This document shows, piece by piece, positions 45,325-55,683 of a stretch of DNA of 64,000 nucleotides (position 1 is the first letter of the stretch; each line of letters begins with the position of its first letter). The stretch covers positions 1-64,000 of the IMG/VR virus record IMGVR_UViG_3300008117_004657; one strand, written 5' to 3'. Position numbers and translations under genes: made by a program. The notes beneath the pieces are model-generated. The model saw only the letters and a list, made by a program, of their open reading frames with translations, was not told where the DNA came from and made no database searches. The stretch comes from a virus.

Positions 45325-48300
45325 TTATCCTGCCGGTAAAGCTATAATTCTCAAATCTTTAATTCTAGGTATAACTGATGGGTCTTGAGATGTCATTACA
45401 ATTTTTATTGCGAAAGTTTTAAAAGTATCGTATGTTACACCAGCATCAGAAATATAAGTAACTTGATCTTCAGTCAATGAAGGTCTATATTCATATTCTC
45501 TAAACTCATTTTCATTAATGGATGCAGCTACCGTTGGGTTTAAACATTCAAATTTACCATATGGTCTGTCTTTGAAATTTGTTGTATCAGATCCAGACAA
45601 TATTTTATAGAAAACATGAATTTCGGTTCCAACTGGTTTATTGGCGGCTAAGAAAACTCTCATGTCGCCGGCATCAAAACCATCTGTTAAAACTATAGGT
45701 TTAGTAATATATCTAGCTAAGCAAGGACCGCCAGAACTGTCAAACTCAGAATTTAAAGTAATTGCAGCGTTTGATGTTACGTTTGGTGTATTTCCAGTAT
45801 CAGGATAAGAAATAGTAAAATCATCCGTATAACCTATACCGGAAGAAACAACATTAGCAGATAAAACATTTCCATTTACTCCATCACAACTCATATAAAC
45901 AAGAGCGCCTTCACCAGTAGATGAAGTTATTATAATCGTATTTGAATTAGAATATCCAGCGCCTTTACTAATAATATTGAAATCTTCATTGTCTATTTCA
46001 CCATTATCTATAAAATTTTCCCAACAATTCAACTGTAAGCTTTCCAGAGAAACTAATGGTGTCACAGAATCATCATTTGTTGACATTTCAAGTTTAACGG
46101 TAAAATCGTTTTTATCTAAAATCTGTTTTCTTCTATTACCAATAGCATACTGAGTATCATCTGCCATATTATAAATTGTATATGGAGTTATACTTCTATA
46201 AATTGTTTCTTTTGATCCTCCAGCCACTTTAGAGATAAATGAATATTTCAGAGAAATTGGAGATTCTGACTGTGACGTAATAGACTTTTCCAATAATCTG
46301 AATCTATCGATATATTTGACACTATCTTGTTTTTCACTTTGTAAAGCAAAAGTGGCAGTTGATGTTGAAAATTTACAACGATTAAACTCAAACATCAAAT
46401 CTTCATTTAAATATGGTACGTATTCCATAGCATTTTGAGACTTGTAAAGTGTACCAACATAAGGATTAACAGAAACAATTTGATTATTTAAAGTTGTCTG
46501 TCCTTTTTCTGCTGTCCATACCACATAATCCGGAGAATCTGTGAGAATAACTAGAGCATATAAACCAGGTTTTAAGAAAACAGGAGAATCAAAAGTAAAT
46601 TTAGTTTTACTTGCTTCAACGTCTATACTTGGAGTGCTTGTTGTAGTAATTTCATTAGGAAACTTTTCTACGACAGATTCGGGATACCAATAATCAAAAG
46701 AAGGCGTTCCATTTACGGTAGGTCTAATTTGAACTCTAACTGGAAGTCCTTCATCATCCACGGCACTAAAAAACAAATTAACACTTTCCATATACAAACC
46801 ATGTGGATAAGTTTGTTCATCGACATAAAATGTTTGTGCTAAAGGATCTACTCTCCAGGTGCTGGTTATTCTACTCGAAACTGCTGTACTTTGAAGTATG
46901 GGTGAAGTTACTGTTCCAACAATTTTAGTACTTGTTCCAACATTATAAACAGTATCAACTAAAGATGTTTTTGTAGTAGTTATACCAGAAGAAACAAAAG
47001 TTTTTTCAGCAAAAGAAATAGCATCTCTATCATAACTATTATTAAAGGATTCTGTTAGTCTATATTTTCTCTCTCCACTTCTAAAAGTAGCTACTGGAGG
47101 ATAGAAAATTCCACCAATTTGACCTTTACTGTTTGTAAAGTTAGTTCCTATACTATAAGAGAAAATTTTTCCTTGTTGTGTTGATGGTATAGTTTCTGAA
47201 ACCGTAGCGACTTTAGTTGTAGTATTGTAAGCTATAATAGTATATTTTGAACCTGTTCCAGAAGCCTCATCACTTTTTCTTACTAAAGTTACATTATTTC
47301 CAGCAATATTAACACTTGGTGCATCAGGCGCTAAAGTAATTGTGCTCGAAGTTATTCCTCTTGTCATACCACATCTGTGATCAACAACGGTAGAAATTAC
47401 TTTTGTGGTAGAAGAATCTAATCCAATTATATATTTTCCTGCAAGTGATAAAGGAAAAGTTTCATTAACTATACTTACATTTGAACTGCCAGATTCAGAC
47501 GCAGCACAAACACCCAAATGATAAACACCACTATCTGCCGCAAAATTTGCGAGTTGTGTAGCGATTTCACCATTAGTATTAGCAATTAGAACCATTTCTC
47601 CAGATTTAAATGGATTAGTTCCACTTATAGTTAATTTATTAGGAACAATGGTATAGTTATCAACTAGAACATCATCAAAGAAAGAATAGAATCTAGTTTT
47701 CGGTCTTAGTGAAGATCCAGCAAAAACTATACCTCTAGGTTTTAGATACGGATTAACAGCAATATCCGTAATATAAGATCCTAAATCAACTTTAGATGAT
47801 GTTACATCTATCGATTCAGCACTTAATGTTGTTCCTTTTTTGACAAAAACTTGGTCTGTTGTTGTTTGCAAATTACCAAATGTATTATTTCCTAAATCAA
47901 CAGTCGCATTAGTTTGCGTTTTGACCGTTTCAAACCATGAAGAATCCGGAACTTTAGCAAAAGGACTGTCTTTATCACTCAACCATGTTGGATTTTTATC
48001 TGATATAAAGTCGAAAGCTTCATTTATAAAATTAAATGCATTTTCTAATCCCTGAACCGAATTTAATGTAATCTTTGAAGTTACACTGGTATCATGGTCA
48101 CTTGTAAATTCTGGAAATAATCTTAAATTTCCATTAAAGTTACCATAAAGAGCACTAGCAACAGGAATAGTTTTCGTTGCATATGGTTGCGAAGCAAAAA
48201 CTGATGATGTATAATCCATTATTAAAGACTTTTGAGTGTTGGTACCCATAATTTTGTAACTACCGGCTGATCCACTTTGTGACCAGAGAAGTTTTATAGT

Positions 48301-51300
48301 TCTCATTAAAGAAGCAGGCTTTAACTCACCATCTTCAATCTTATTTCTGTTATCAAAACTAACATCAGTATAAGTAGCTTGTACCGAATCTGAAGTAAAA
48401 TTATCTACTAAAATTCCATACTTTGATCTTTCTAATCCATTTGCATCTAAAATTTTTGAGTCATTAGCATTTTTTTCCAAAGTATTTAATGAAACATAAT
48501 ACTCTAATCCTTTAATACGATTTTCAAAAGCGCCAATGTCTCTCATCGTAAATCTACGATTATTTTGAAAATCTGCACGAATTTCTTTTACACTTGAAGT
48601 ATATGGAGGAATATACAAAGTATAGATTAACATATCATTAACACTATGTGGAGGTGTTAATGGTTTAACAGCGGATTCTCCTTCTATTACTACCATCTCT
48701 TTCGAAGGTTTTACAACAATCTTATCGATTCTTGATAGATAATTTTGAAATGAAAGTTCTGCTGTCGTATCGGGATCAGGACAAACTGCGCCTGTGATGT
48801 TATCTCCAGCTATTTCTCTTGAAGGTCTAAAGTCAAAAGACGCTCTATTTGAAATAACTTTACCTCCAGATTTGTCTACAAATTTTGATATGGTATCATA
48901 TGTAATATTTGAAGCTCCACCCAAATAAGAATCTACTGTAAATAGTCCAATATTTTGTGGTGAAGGCGCCTGGCTATGTCTAAAATATTTGTACATGATA
49001 TAGATTGAACCACCTACAGGAGAACTGAATCCTCTTTTTAATTTTATCGATGAATGATCGTAGTGTGTTCTTTTTTGACCATTGTCGAGTTCATATCTGT
49101 TCGTAATGTCGTATGTTGGATCGGTCAACATAGCAGTTGTGATATTACCGGTTGTAGTTCTAGAATCTATAATTTTAACTATTTCATATACATCAGGAAC
49201 TTGTAAACTGACAGGAACTCCTGGAGTTTTTAACATTCTCACTTTACCATCACTACCTGAAGATTCATTATCAAAATACGTAACGCCTAAGTCAGGGAAA
49301 ACATATCCTCCAGAAATTGGTGTTACTGTTCCCGTATTAGCTGAAGTTAATCCTGTGGTGGTGTCAATAGTATAAGCAACTTTTTCATGTTTGTCATCTA
49401 AAAGTGGATATAATGTTTTTACTCTAACTGCTCCGTTAGTTCCATCTTCCGCATTATTAACTTTTGTTGTAACTAAGAAATCGGCTCGAACACCAGCAGT
49501 GTTAAAATCAATCTCAAGTGTTGAGTCATTAATAGCCGTTACAGTGAACAAATTATTAGCTAAACTCAAAACTGTATTTGGAGTTATACCCGAAGAACCA
49601 TTTGAAGCAGAATCGTGTCGAATAAAACAAATAATATTATTTAAAATTGTATTGTCCGAAAGTGTTCCTGGAGAACCAGCAAATGGAAAAGTGTCAGTGC
49701 CAACAGTTGCTAAAGTAACAATACCGCCAGCGTTAGAAACTTTATTTGAATAAACCTTTCTTGCTATAAAATCAAAATTAGTAATTGTATTCGCTTTGAT
49801 CGCGTCAAAAGGAACATCAAAAATTAAACCTTGTCTGTTAGGTTCCGTTATTAACGCATTACCATTATTATCTTTTGATCTAGAATGTATATTTGCACCA
49901 AATACTTTTGCGGACGAATTTCTTAGGATAACAGATTCCGCAGATTTAAAATCAGAATCGATTGAGAAGGTATTCGATGAGGGAGTAAAAGGTAAAGCAG
50001 AAGAAAGCCAAATTGCTTTGTATGCTCCATCTGAACCTTCAATTTTTATTGGAGCTAAATTTAATCCTGCACCATCTTTAACACTAAAATAAAGACCAGA
50101 ATAACTATTTGCTGGCAATTGAGCAAAAGAAGATGGTAAAACAACGTATCTTGTATTTGATCCTGAAGAAGCTAAAGTTCCTGTAATTGATGATGAATTG
50201 GCATCAAAAACATTCATAGTAAAAATATGGGTAGTGCCATTATCCGATGCAGCTGAAGCAGTATCATACTTCAACATGTGAGCTCTCAGTGATCCTATCT
50301 TTGATGAATTATATTCTGCGGTTGTTGAAAGGACTACGTTTGCATGATCTGTACAGTGTACATCCAATACGCTAAAATCAGATATGGTTAAAGTACCATG
50401 AACATTCGCAACATGAACATAACTTGAATAATTTGTGGGTAAATCGTAATCATTAATGTTAGCCGTTTGTCTACCTCTTGCTATCTGCAATTTTGTTGGC
50501 GATATAGTTTGAACCTCATAACCTCCAACATAAGCTTTTCCTGGATCTAAAACAGCAGTTAAATAATCCGGATCAACATAATTATTATTTGCTGTATCAA
50601 CATATTCTTCTTCTAAAGATAACACAAAAGGATCAACAGTATAGTTACCAGATTCATCAAAAGTTCTTCTAGCCAAAGTTTTTTCTATTTCACTATAAAC
50701 GGGATAATCAATCTCTTTTGTTTTTACACCATCAACAATTCGAATAACTTCAAAGAAAGAAGATTCGTCAGCCGAATCCAGTGTTCTTTTACTTAATATA
50801 GTATTAATTTTGTATCTGTTAGCGCCTGGTGCTTGATAGTTAAAAGATCCTTGTGCGGGGTCTAACAGAGTTACATCATCAATTTCATCAATAATTAATT
50901 CTTCAAATTCAATACCAATTCTATATGATGGTTGTTTATTAATTGTTGAAGTATTTAACCCGAGTCTATAGTAAAGTTCTAAAACTAAAAATTGGGGAAC
51001 AACTTTTACAAATTGGCCTTTAAAATAATATACACCTTCTTGAATACTCGCTACATATGATCTTCCGGTTGCATTTGTGTCTGCAAGTTCAGCAAAAATA
51101 TTTTGTCCATATATTTTTAATTCATCACCTTCTTCAAAAAAGTCTCCACTCAAATATTTTAATATTAATATAGGATTAGCTGAAGAATTATCAATAGCAA
51201 TAACTTTAGCTCTAGCTGTTTTTGTAGAATTGTATGATATAATAGTTTTATTTAAAAAATCTTCTAATACGATATCCTGTCCACTATATTGTGGTTTTAG

Positions 51301-51528
51301 AACTGTATAATACGCTCTATCATCTAAAGATATTTTACCACCGACTATTGGACTACCACTTTTAAAAATGTGATTGCCAAACTTTTCGATCTGATTCGAC
51401 AAAATAGTTTGCAGCTGCGTAAGTTCTCTCGCCTGTAAAGAATATCCTGGGCGAAACAAAACTCTCATGAAGTTTTTATCTTCATCAAAATCGTCAAAAT
51501 ATGGATCGAAATTAAAAAGCTTAGTCAT
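45325..51528 (-). CDS. Large virion structural protein (DUF4815/VrlC-like)
   Basis: N-terminal PYFDDFD..KNF.RVLFRPG..LQARELTQLQTIL, APGANR, LARRTFDESGNYTV, DPLAQTF, and C-terminal FKTFAIKIVM...P.IKDLRIIAL. Confidence 0.85.
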   Translation of the reverse strand: MTKLFNFDPYFDDFDEDKNFMRVLFRPGYSLQARELTQLQTILSNQIEKFGNHIFKSGSPIVGGKISLDDRAYYTVLKPQYSGQDIVLEDFLNKTIISYNSTKTARAKVIAIDNSSANPILILKYLSGDFFEEGDELKIYGQNIFAELADTNATGRSYVASIQEGVYYFKGQFVKVVPQFLVLELYYRLGLNTSTINKQPSYRIGIEFEELIIDEIDDVTLLDPAQGSFNYQAPGANRYKINTILSKRTLDSADESSFFEVIRIVDGVKTKEIDYPVYSEIEKTLARRTFDESGNYTVDPFVLSLEEEYVDTANNNYVDPDYLTAVLDPGKAYVGGYEVQTISPTKLQIARGRQTANINDYDLPTNYSSYVHVANVHGTLTISDFSVLDVHCTDHANVVLSTTAEYNSSKIGSLRAHMLKYDTASAASDNGTTHIFTMNVFDANSSSITGTLASSGSNTRYVVLPSSFAQLPANSYSGLYFSVKDGAGLNLAPIKIEGSDGAYKAIWLSSALPFTPSSNTFSIDSDFKSAESVILRNSSAKVFGANIHSRSKDNNGNALITEPNRQGLIFDVPFDAIKANTITNFDFIARKVYSNKVSNAGGIVTLATVGTDTFPFAGSPGTLSDNTILNNIICFIRHDSASNGSSGITPNTVLSLANNLFTVTAINDSTLEIDFNTAGVRADFLVTTKVNNAEDGTNGAVRVKTLYPLLDDKHEKVAYTIDTTTGLTSANTGTVTPISGGYVFPDLGVTYFDNESSGSDGKVRMLKTPGVPVSLQVPDVYEIVKIIDSRTTTGNITTAMLTDPTYDITNRYELDNGQKRTHYDHSSIKLKRGFSSPVGGSIYIMYKYFRHSQAPSPQNIGLFTVDSYLGGASNITYDTISKFVDKSGGKVISNRASFDFRPSREIAGDNITGAVCPDPDTTAELSFQNYLSRIDKIVVKPSKEMVVIEGESAVKPLTPPHSVNDMLIYTLYIPPYTSSVKEIRADFQNNRRFTMRDIGAFENRIKGLEYYVSLNTLEKNANDSKILDANGLERSKYGILVDNFTSDSVQATYTDVSFDNRNKIEDGELKPASLMRTIKLLWSQSGSAGSYKIMGTNTQKSLIMDYTSSVFASQPYATKTIPVASALYGNFNGNLRLFPEFTSDHDTSVTSKITLNSVQGLENAFNFINEAFDFISDKNPTWLSDKDSPFAKVPDSSWFETVKTQTNATVDLGNNTFGNLQTTTDQVFVKKGTTLSAESIDVTSSKVDLGSYITDIAVNPYLKPRGIVFAGSSLRPKTRFYSFFDDVLVDNYTIVPNKLTISGTNPFKSGEMVLIANTNGEIATQLANFAADSGVYHLGVCAASESGSSNVSIVNETFPLSLAGKYIIGLDSSTTKVISTVVDHRCGMTRGITSSTITLAPDAPSVNIAGNNVTLVRKSDEASGTGSKYTIIAYNTTTKVATVSETIPSTQQGKIFSYSIGTNFTNSKGQIGGIFYPPVATFRSGERKYRLTESFNNSYDRDAISFAEKTFVSSGITTTKTSLVDTVYNVGTSTKIVGTVTSPILQSTAVSSRITSTWRVDPLAQTFYVDEQTYPHGLYMESVNLFFSAVDDEGLPVRVQIRPTVNGTPSFDYWYPESVVEKFPNEITTTSTPSIDVEASKTKFTFDSPVFLKPGLYALVILTDSPDYVVWTAEKGQTTLNNQIVSVNPYVGTLYKSQNAMEYVPYLNEDLMFEFNRCKFSTSTATFALQSEKQDSVKYIDRFRLLEKSITSQSESPISLKYSFISKVAGGSKETIYRSITPYTIYNMADDTQYAIGNRRKQILDKNDFTVKLEMSTNDDSVTPLVSLESLQLNCWENFIDNGEIDNEDFNIISKGAGYSNSNTIIITSSTGEGALVYMSCDGVNGNVLSANVVSSGIGYTDDFTISYPDTGNTPNVTSNAAITLNSEFDSSGGPCLARYITKPIVLTDGFDAGDMRVFLAANKPVGTEIHVFYKILSGSDTTNFKDRPYGKFECLNPTVAASINENEFREYEYRPSLTEDQVTYISDAGVTYDTFKTFAIKIVMTSQDPSVIPRIKDLRIIALPAG

Positions 51529-51541
51529 TTATTCCTCTTTA

Positions 51542-52879
51542 TCAGAAACTTAAAATAAATCTAATTCTATCTGTTTGGTCTGGATCTCTTATAACCGGAA
51601 CTTTATCCGATACAAATAAAACTTTACCAGAATATAACTCTAAAGTTGGAGGAGTAGTATTAATACCTACTCTAATTGCTCCACTAGTTAAACCTTTTAT
51701 CGGTTGATTGGGATTAAAAGTGCCATTGAAATTATTAACATAGATTATATTAGTGCCTTCATCAAAAGATATAACTTCGGCACTAAATGTGGAATTTTCT
51801 AAATTCTCACCCTGTATAACAATTTCATCATTATTGTAATCTCCAACACCTGGAGAAACTGTAATCTTTGTATATAGTGTGTATAAATCGGCAGATGCTA
51901 AAGTTTCAGTGTCTCGTACATAAGGGTTATACACCAAAGAAACTTCCCTATATTCATTTTCTGCTGGAAAAACACCATTTACACTACCCTCAAAATCTAC
52001 ATTAAATATAACAGTATTCGCATATAATTCTTCTACAGGATCATATCCATGTCCATTTTGCGGTGACAAAACAACATTGGCTGAAGCTCCTGTTCCGATT
52101 CCTCCAGAAATGTCAGTAAAAATTAAATTGGCTTTTGTGTAGTCTTGGCCTCTGTTCTGAATAACAATATTCACAACATTTCCATCAACAACATTCGCTT
52201 TTAAAACAGCATTTCTTCCATCACCTTCGATTGTTATAATATTTTGTGTAGGTCCATCCACATAATTATTTCCCGCATTAGTAATTCTTACAATATCAAT
52301 ACTTCTATTAATTGCGGCTGATCTAACGAATCTATTAAACGTAACTGGCATCCACTCATCATTTAAAAACTTTTGTCTTTGATTTGAACTTAAAGTATAT
52401 AAGTATTTCCACTTGTAACCGTCAGAAGTTATAAAGAAAGGTTCTTCCAATGAAGTAGCTGAAAGAAATAGTTCAGGTTCATCGGTAGATGGTGAATTAT
52501 TATTGTTATCTAAACATTTAAAAACCTGTCCTTTGGAATTTAAAATATAAAATGGAGTTCCTATTGGACAAACTGTGCATCCGTATCTCGAATATGTGGT
52601 GCCACTTGTCCAATCATATCTTGGCACAACAAAAGACACATTTTCTAAAGAAACTCTTTTAGCTACTATGGCTCTATCGTTATAAGCAATTAGGTCTCTG
52701 GTTGATTGTCCAGGAGTTGGAGGAGTGTCAGATATACCCCAAGGAGTCTGTTTTCCTATAGTCGCAAAAACATAAGACCTTCTATTCAAAGGAAGGTAAG
52801 AATTAGCACCAACATCCAATAAATTTATGAATTGTTGAGCAATTAAAGTAGAAAAATTAGTTGTTATAATTGTTGACAT
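51542..52879 (-). CDS. gp8: Baseplate wedge subunit gp8-like
   Basis: VVPRYDW..G..Y, VFKCLDN, DGYKWKYLY, GHGYDPVEEL; position after gp7. Confidence 0.85.
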   Translation of the reverse strand: MSTIITTNFSTLIAQQFINLLDVGANSYLPLNRRSYVFATIGKQTPWGISDTPPTPGQSTRDLIAYNDRAIVAKRVSLENVSFVVPRYDWTSGTTYSRYGCTVCPIGTPFYILNSKGQVFKCLDNNNNSPSTDEPELFLSATSLEEPFFITSDGYKWKYLYTLSSNQRQKFLNDEWMPVTFNRFVRSAAINRSIDIVRITNAGNNYVDGPTQNIITIEGDGRNAVLKANVVDGNVVNIVIQNRGQDYTKANLIFTDISGGIGTGASANVVLSPQNGHGYDPVEELYANTVIFNVDFEGSVNGVFPAENEYREVSLVYNPYVRDTETLASADLYTLYTKITVSPGVGDYNNDEIVIQGENLENSTFSAEVISFDEGTNIIYVNNFNGTFNPNQPIKGLTSGAIRVGINTTPPTLELYSGKVLFVSDKVPVIRDPDQTDRIRFILSF

Positions 52880-52884
52880 AGACT

Positions 52885-52891
52885 TATTTAT
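52885..52891 (-). promoter_or_regulatory. Candidate late promoter (ATAAATA) just upstream of gp8
   Basis: tatttat overlapping the gp7 stop, 5 nt before the gp8 ATG. Confidence 0.4.
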
Positions 52892-55680
52892 CTCACTTTT
52901 TGAACGATAATTGAAACAAAATTATTTGTTGAGGTAACATTTGTATCAACTAAAATTGTGTTTGCGTTTGCAAAAGAAACATTTTTGGTTTCATCAAAAA
53001 CCACATTTATTGTCGAGTCGGTGGAAGAAACATTTAAAACACTAGTTGCATAAATGGTATTTGCGTTAATAACAGTTTTTACAACAACAGTATTTCCTGA
53101 AGAAAGATATATGGTTTGTCCATCGACTAAATCATTTATAAAGTTGGTTCCATTACCAGTAATTACATTTGAACTACTGGTTATATTTGCAGTACCAACA
53201 ATAGTTTTAAACACATTTTTCAGTACTATAAAATCACCAATTGAAACCTGAGAAGAAACATTAGGTGTTAAACTTGTAGAAACAATATTATTAGATCCAT
53301 TACTTACATTAAATGTATTTGAGTGATACTCTTGTGTTAAATATATTATAGATGCATTTTGATTAAATACGTCTTTGGTGTGGGTATCAATACGTGTTAC
53401 AAAAGATTTTGTTCCTGTTGGATGTGCAACTTCTTGTAAAGTTTTCTTAAATTTATAGTAATCGTTTGTTGTATTAATCACATAAGAGTAATTATGGTAT
53501 TTTTTATCATCTTGTAACTTCTGATCAGAACTTGGTTGCCCATCATTGTTTAAATAAATTCCAGGATAACGTATTAGACCGTTTTCAAAAACAGCTGTTG
53601 CTTTTGCTCTACCATCACCATAAGCCGAATATGTGATAACATTTCCAGTGACCAAATCGTCATCAGACTTAATAGGAAGGGCACTATCAAAAGTGCCTTT
53701 GTAATTATAAATTCTTAAGAAATTATTTGATGTGATATACTTGTCAACAAAAGCTGTCCAAGTCGCTGTTGTATTAGTTGCTCCTTGATATACTTTACTA
53801 TTAGCGATATAAATTTGACCTTCGGTTACATTATTCAATAAAATATCAGCATTTCTTAAAGAAATTAATGGAGCTGAAACATAATCATACCCGTAACTTA
53901 TAACTCTTATTGTTGAAATAGATCCAATTCTCGAAGTCGAAACATCTTTTTGAACACCCTCACCTAAAATTTCCGTAACTTTTAATATTGCTCCTGAACC
54001 AGAAGTGGTGCTAACATTTACTGTTGGCAAATCTTGCATCGTGTAACCTTCACCACCTCTAATATAAGAAGAAGATTCATTAAAAGTTATTGTCTTGATT
54101 CCGTTGTTACCAGCGTGTACAGAAGAAACATTAGCGTTAGCTCCATAACCTCGACCATTACTACTAAATGTTAAATATTCTCCTACAGCATAACCACTTC
54201 CACCATTGACTATTTGAATTCTTCCTAAAGAACCCACATCATTTAATTTTCTTCTATTAATTTTATATACTGATAAGTTGTCAATATTATTTTGAAAAGG
54301 TTCTAAGAAAGTAATAGTATTTGATGAAACATTTGCAATTTTTCTAACATCTTCAAATCTATTTTTCAAAAATAATCTAACAGATTCACCTGGCTCAAAC
54401 GATAATGTTAAGTCTTGAGACTCGTCCATCAAAATGTTGGTGTCTTTTACAGCAACAGTTGAATTTATTATTAAAGTATCATCAAGTTCTTCCATATATA
54501 AACTGTAAATATCAATTTCAGGTTTACTTCTATAACCTCCACCAGAAGAATCTACAGTTATAAAAGATATTGGAAAAACATTTAATGTTTGTTTTGTAGT
54601 TAATTCATTTAATGTTTTATTATTAGCTACATTATCAGTCGCATTAATAGTTAAAGAAAATAAAGATTCTATTGTTATATTACTTACATTTATTGTTCTA
54701 TAAGTTGCTTCATCTAATAAAAGTATTCTAGCTTTAGCTTCAGCACCTAATAGTACATCTTCAAAACCGCCTCTAAAGTCTATTATTGAAGAATTTGTAT
54801 TAACAGAAGGATTTCTAAAACCAAAACCTCCATTCGTTACTAAAACATCTTCAACTGAACCCTTCAAAACACTACCAACAGTGGCTACAGCGCCAATAGG
54901 ATTACCCGATGTGGGATTTAGACCACCGATAATTGTAACGGGGTCGCCATCATAGTCCAATTCTGGATCGTAAGCATTATAGTATAAACCTCTATTTTTA
55001 GGATCAATCTTAATTTCAGAAAGAGATCCAATTAGTTTAGCTGTGACAAAATCTTCTGTGCCATTGGTTCTAACTACAGTGGTAGATACATTTTCACCCG
55101 TAGTAAACAATTTATCAATATTCGAAATATAAAGTTCGATATATTCAATACCAAGTTGTCTGTCTACAGATTTTATTACCTTTTCAACTATAGCTGTAGC
55201 TTTGGAATTATTTCCCGTTATTTTACATCGTTCTATGTCGAAAATATTCGTATCACCAGTTTCAACTCTTAAAGATAATGGTAAAACCCATTTACCATCG
55301 GAAGATTTTATTACCTGTTCTTTAGGAAAATAAATCTCTATTTCTTCGTTATATAAAATTCTAAAAAGAAATTTTACAGCTTCTGGAGTTCCTTTTGATC
55401 TATAAAAACTACCAACATGTTTTATAAAAGTCGATTTGTCTAATAATATTTCTTTTGGAAAGTAAGGTAAAACTTCTTTTATTATTTCGTTAAGATAATA
55501 GTCATCTACTAAATCTATATCTTTCGAATCATATAAAGTTTTAACTTCATACAAAGCATTATTACTGCTTTCCAACCACTCATAGTATTTTTCTAAAAAC
55601 AATACAAATTTTGGGTTATCGGATCTTATAAAATCGGGCAACTGGCCCGAAACTAAGTTTGAAACAATTAATTCTGACAT
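52888..55680 (-). CDS. gp7: Baseplate wedge initiator gp7-like
   Basis: QLPDFIR...FLEKYYEWLE, FYRSKGT..AVKFLFRILY, SDGKW, LQD..YH.YSYVI, HPTG. Confidence 0.82.
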   Translation of the reverse strand: MSELIVSNLVSGQLPDFIRSDNPKFVLFLEKYYEWLESSNNALYEVKTLYDSKDIDLVDDYYLNEIIKEVLPYFPKEILLDKSTFIKHVGSFYRSKGTPEAVKFLFRILYNEEIEIYFPKEQVIKSSDGKWVLPLSLRVETGDTNIFDIERCKITGNNSKATAIVEKVIKSVDRQLGIEYIELYISNIDKLFTTGENVSTTVVRTNGTEDFVTAKLIGSLSEIKIDPKNRGLYYNAYDPELDYDGDPVTIIGGLNPTSGNPIGAVATVGSVLKGSVEDVLVTNGGFGFRNPSVNTNSSIIDFRGGFEDVLLGAEAKARILLLDEATYRTINVSNITIESLFSLTINATDNVANNKTLNELTTKQTLNVFPISFITVDSSGGGYRSKPEIDIYSLYMEELDDTLIINSTVAVKDTNILMDESQDLTLSFEPGESVRLFLKNRFEDVRKIANVSSNTITFLEPFQNNIDNLSVYKINRRKLNDVGSLGRIQIVNGGSGYAVGEYLTFSSNGRGYGANANVSSVHAGNNGIKTITFNESSSYIRGGEGYTMQDLPTVNVSTTSGSGAILKVTEILGEGVQKDVSTSRIGSISTIRVISYGYDYVSAPLISLRNADILLNNVTEGQIYIANSKVYQGATNTTATWTAFVDKYITSNNFLRIYNYKGTFDSALPIKSDDDLVTGNVITYSAYGDGRAKATAVFENGLIRYPGIYLNNDGQPSSDQKLQDDKKYHNYSYVINTTNDYYKFKKTLQEVAHPTGTKSFVTRIDTHTKDVFNQNASIIYLTQEYHSNTFNVSNGSNNIVSTSLTPNVSSQVSIGDFIVLKNVFKTIVGTANITSSSNVITGNGTNFINDLVDGQTIYLSSGNTVVVKTVINANTIYATSVLNVSSTDSTINVVFDETKNVSFANANTILVDTNVTSTNNFVSIIVQKVR

Positions 55681-55683
55681 TTA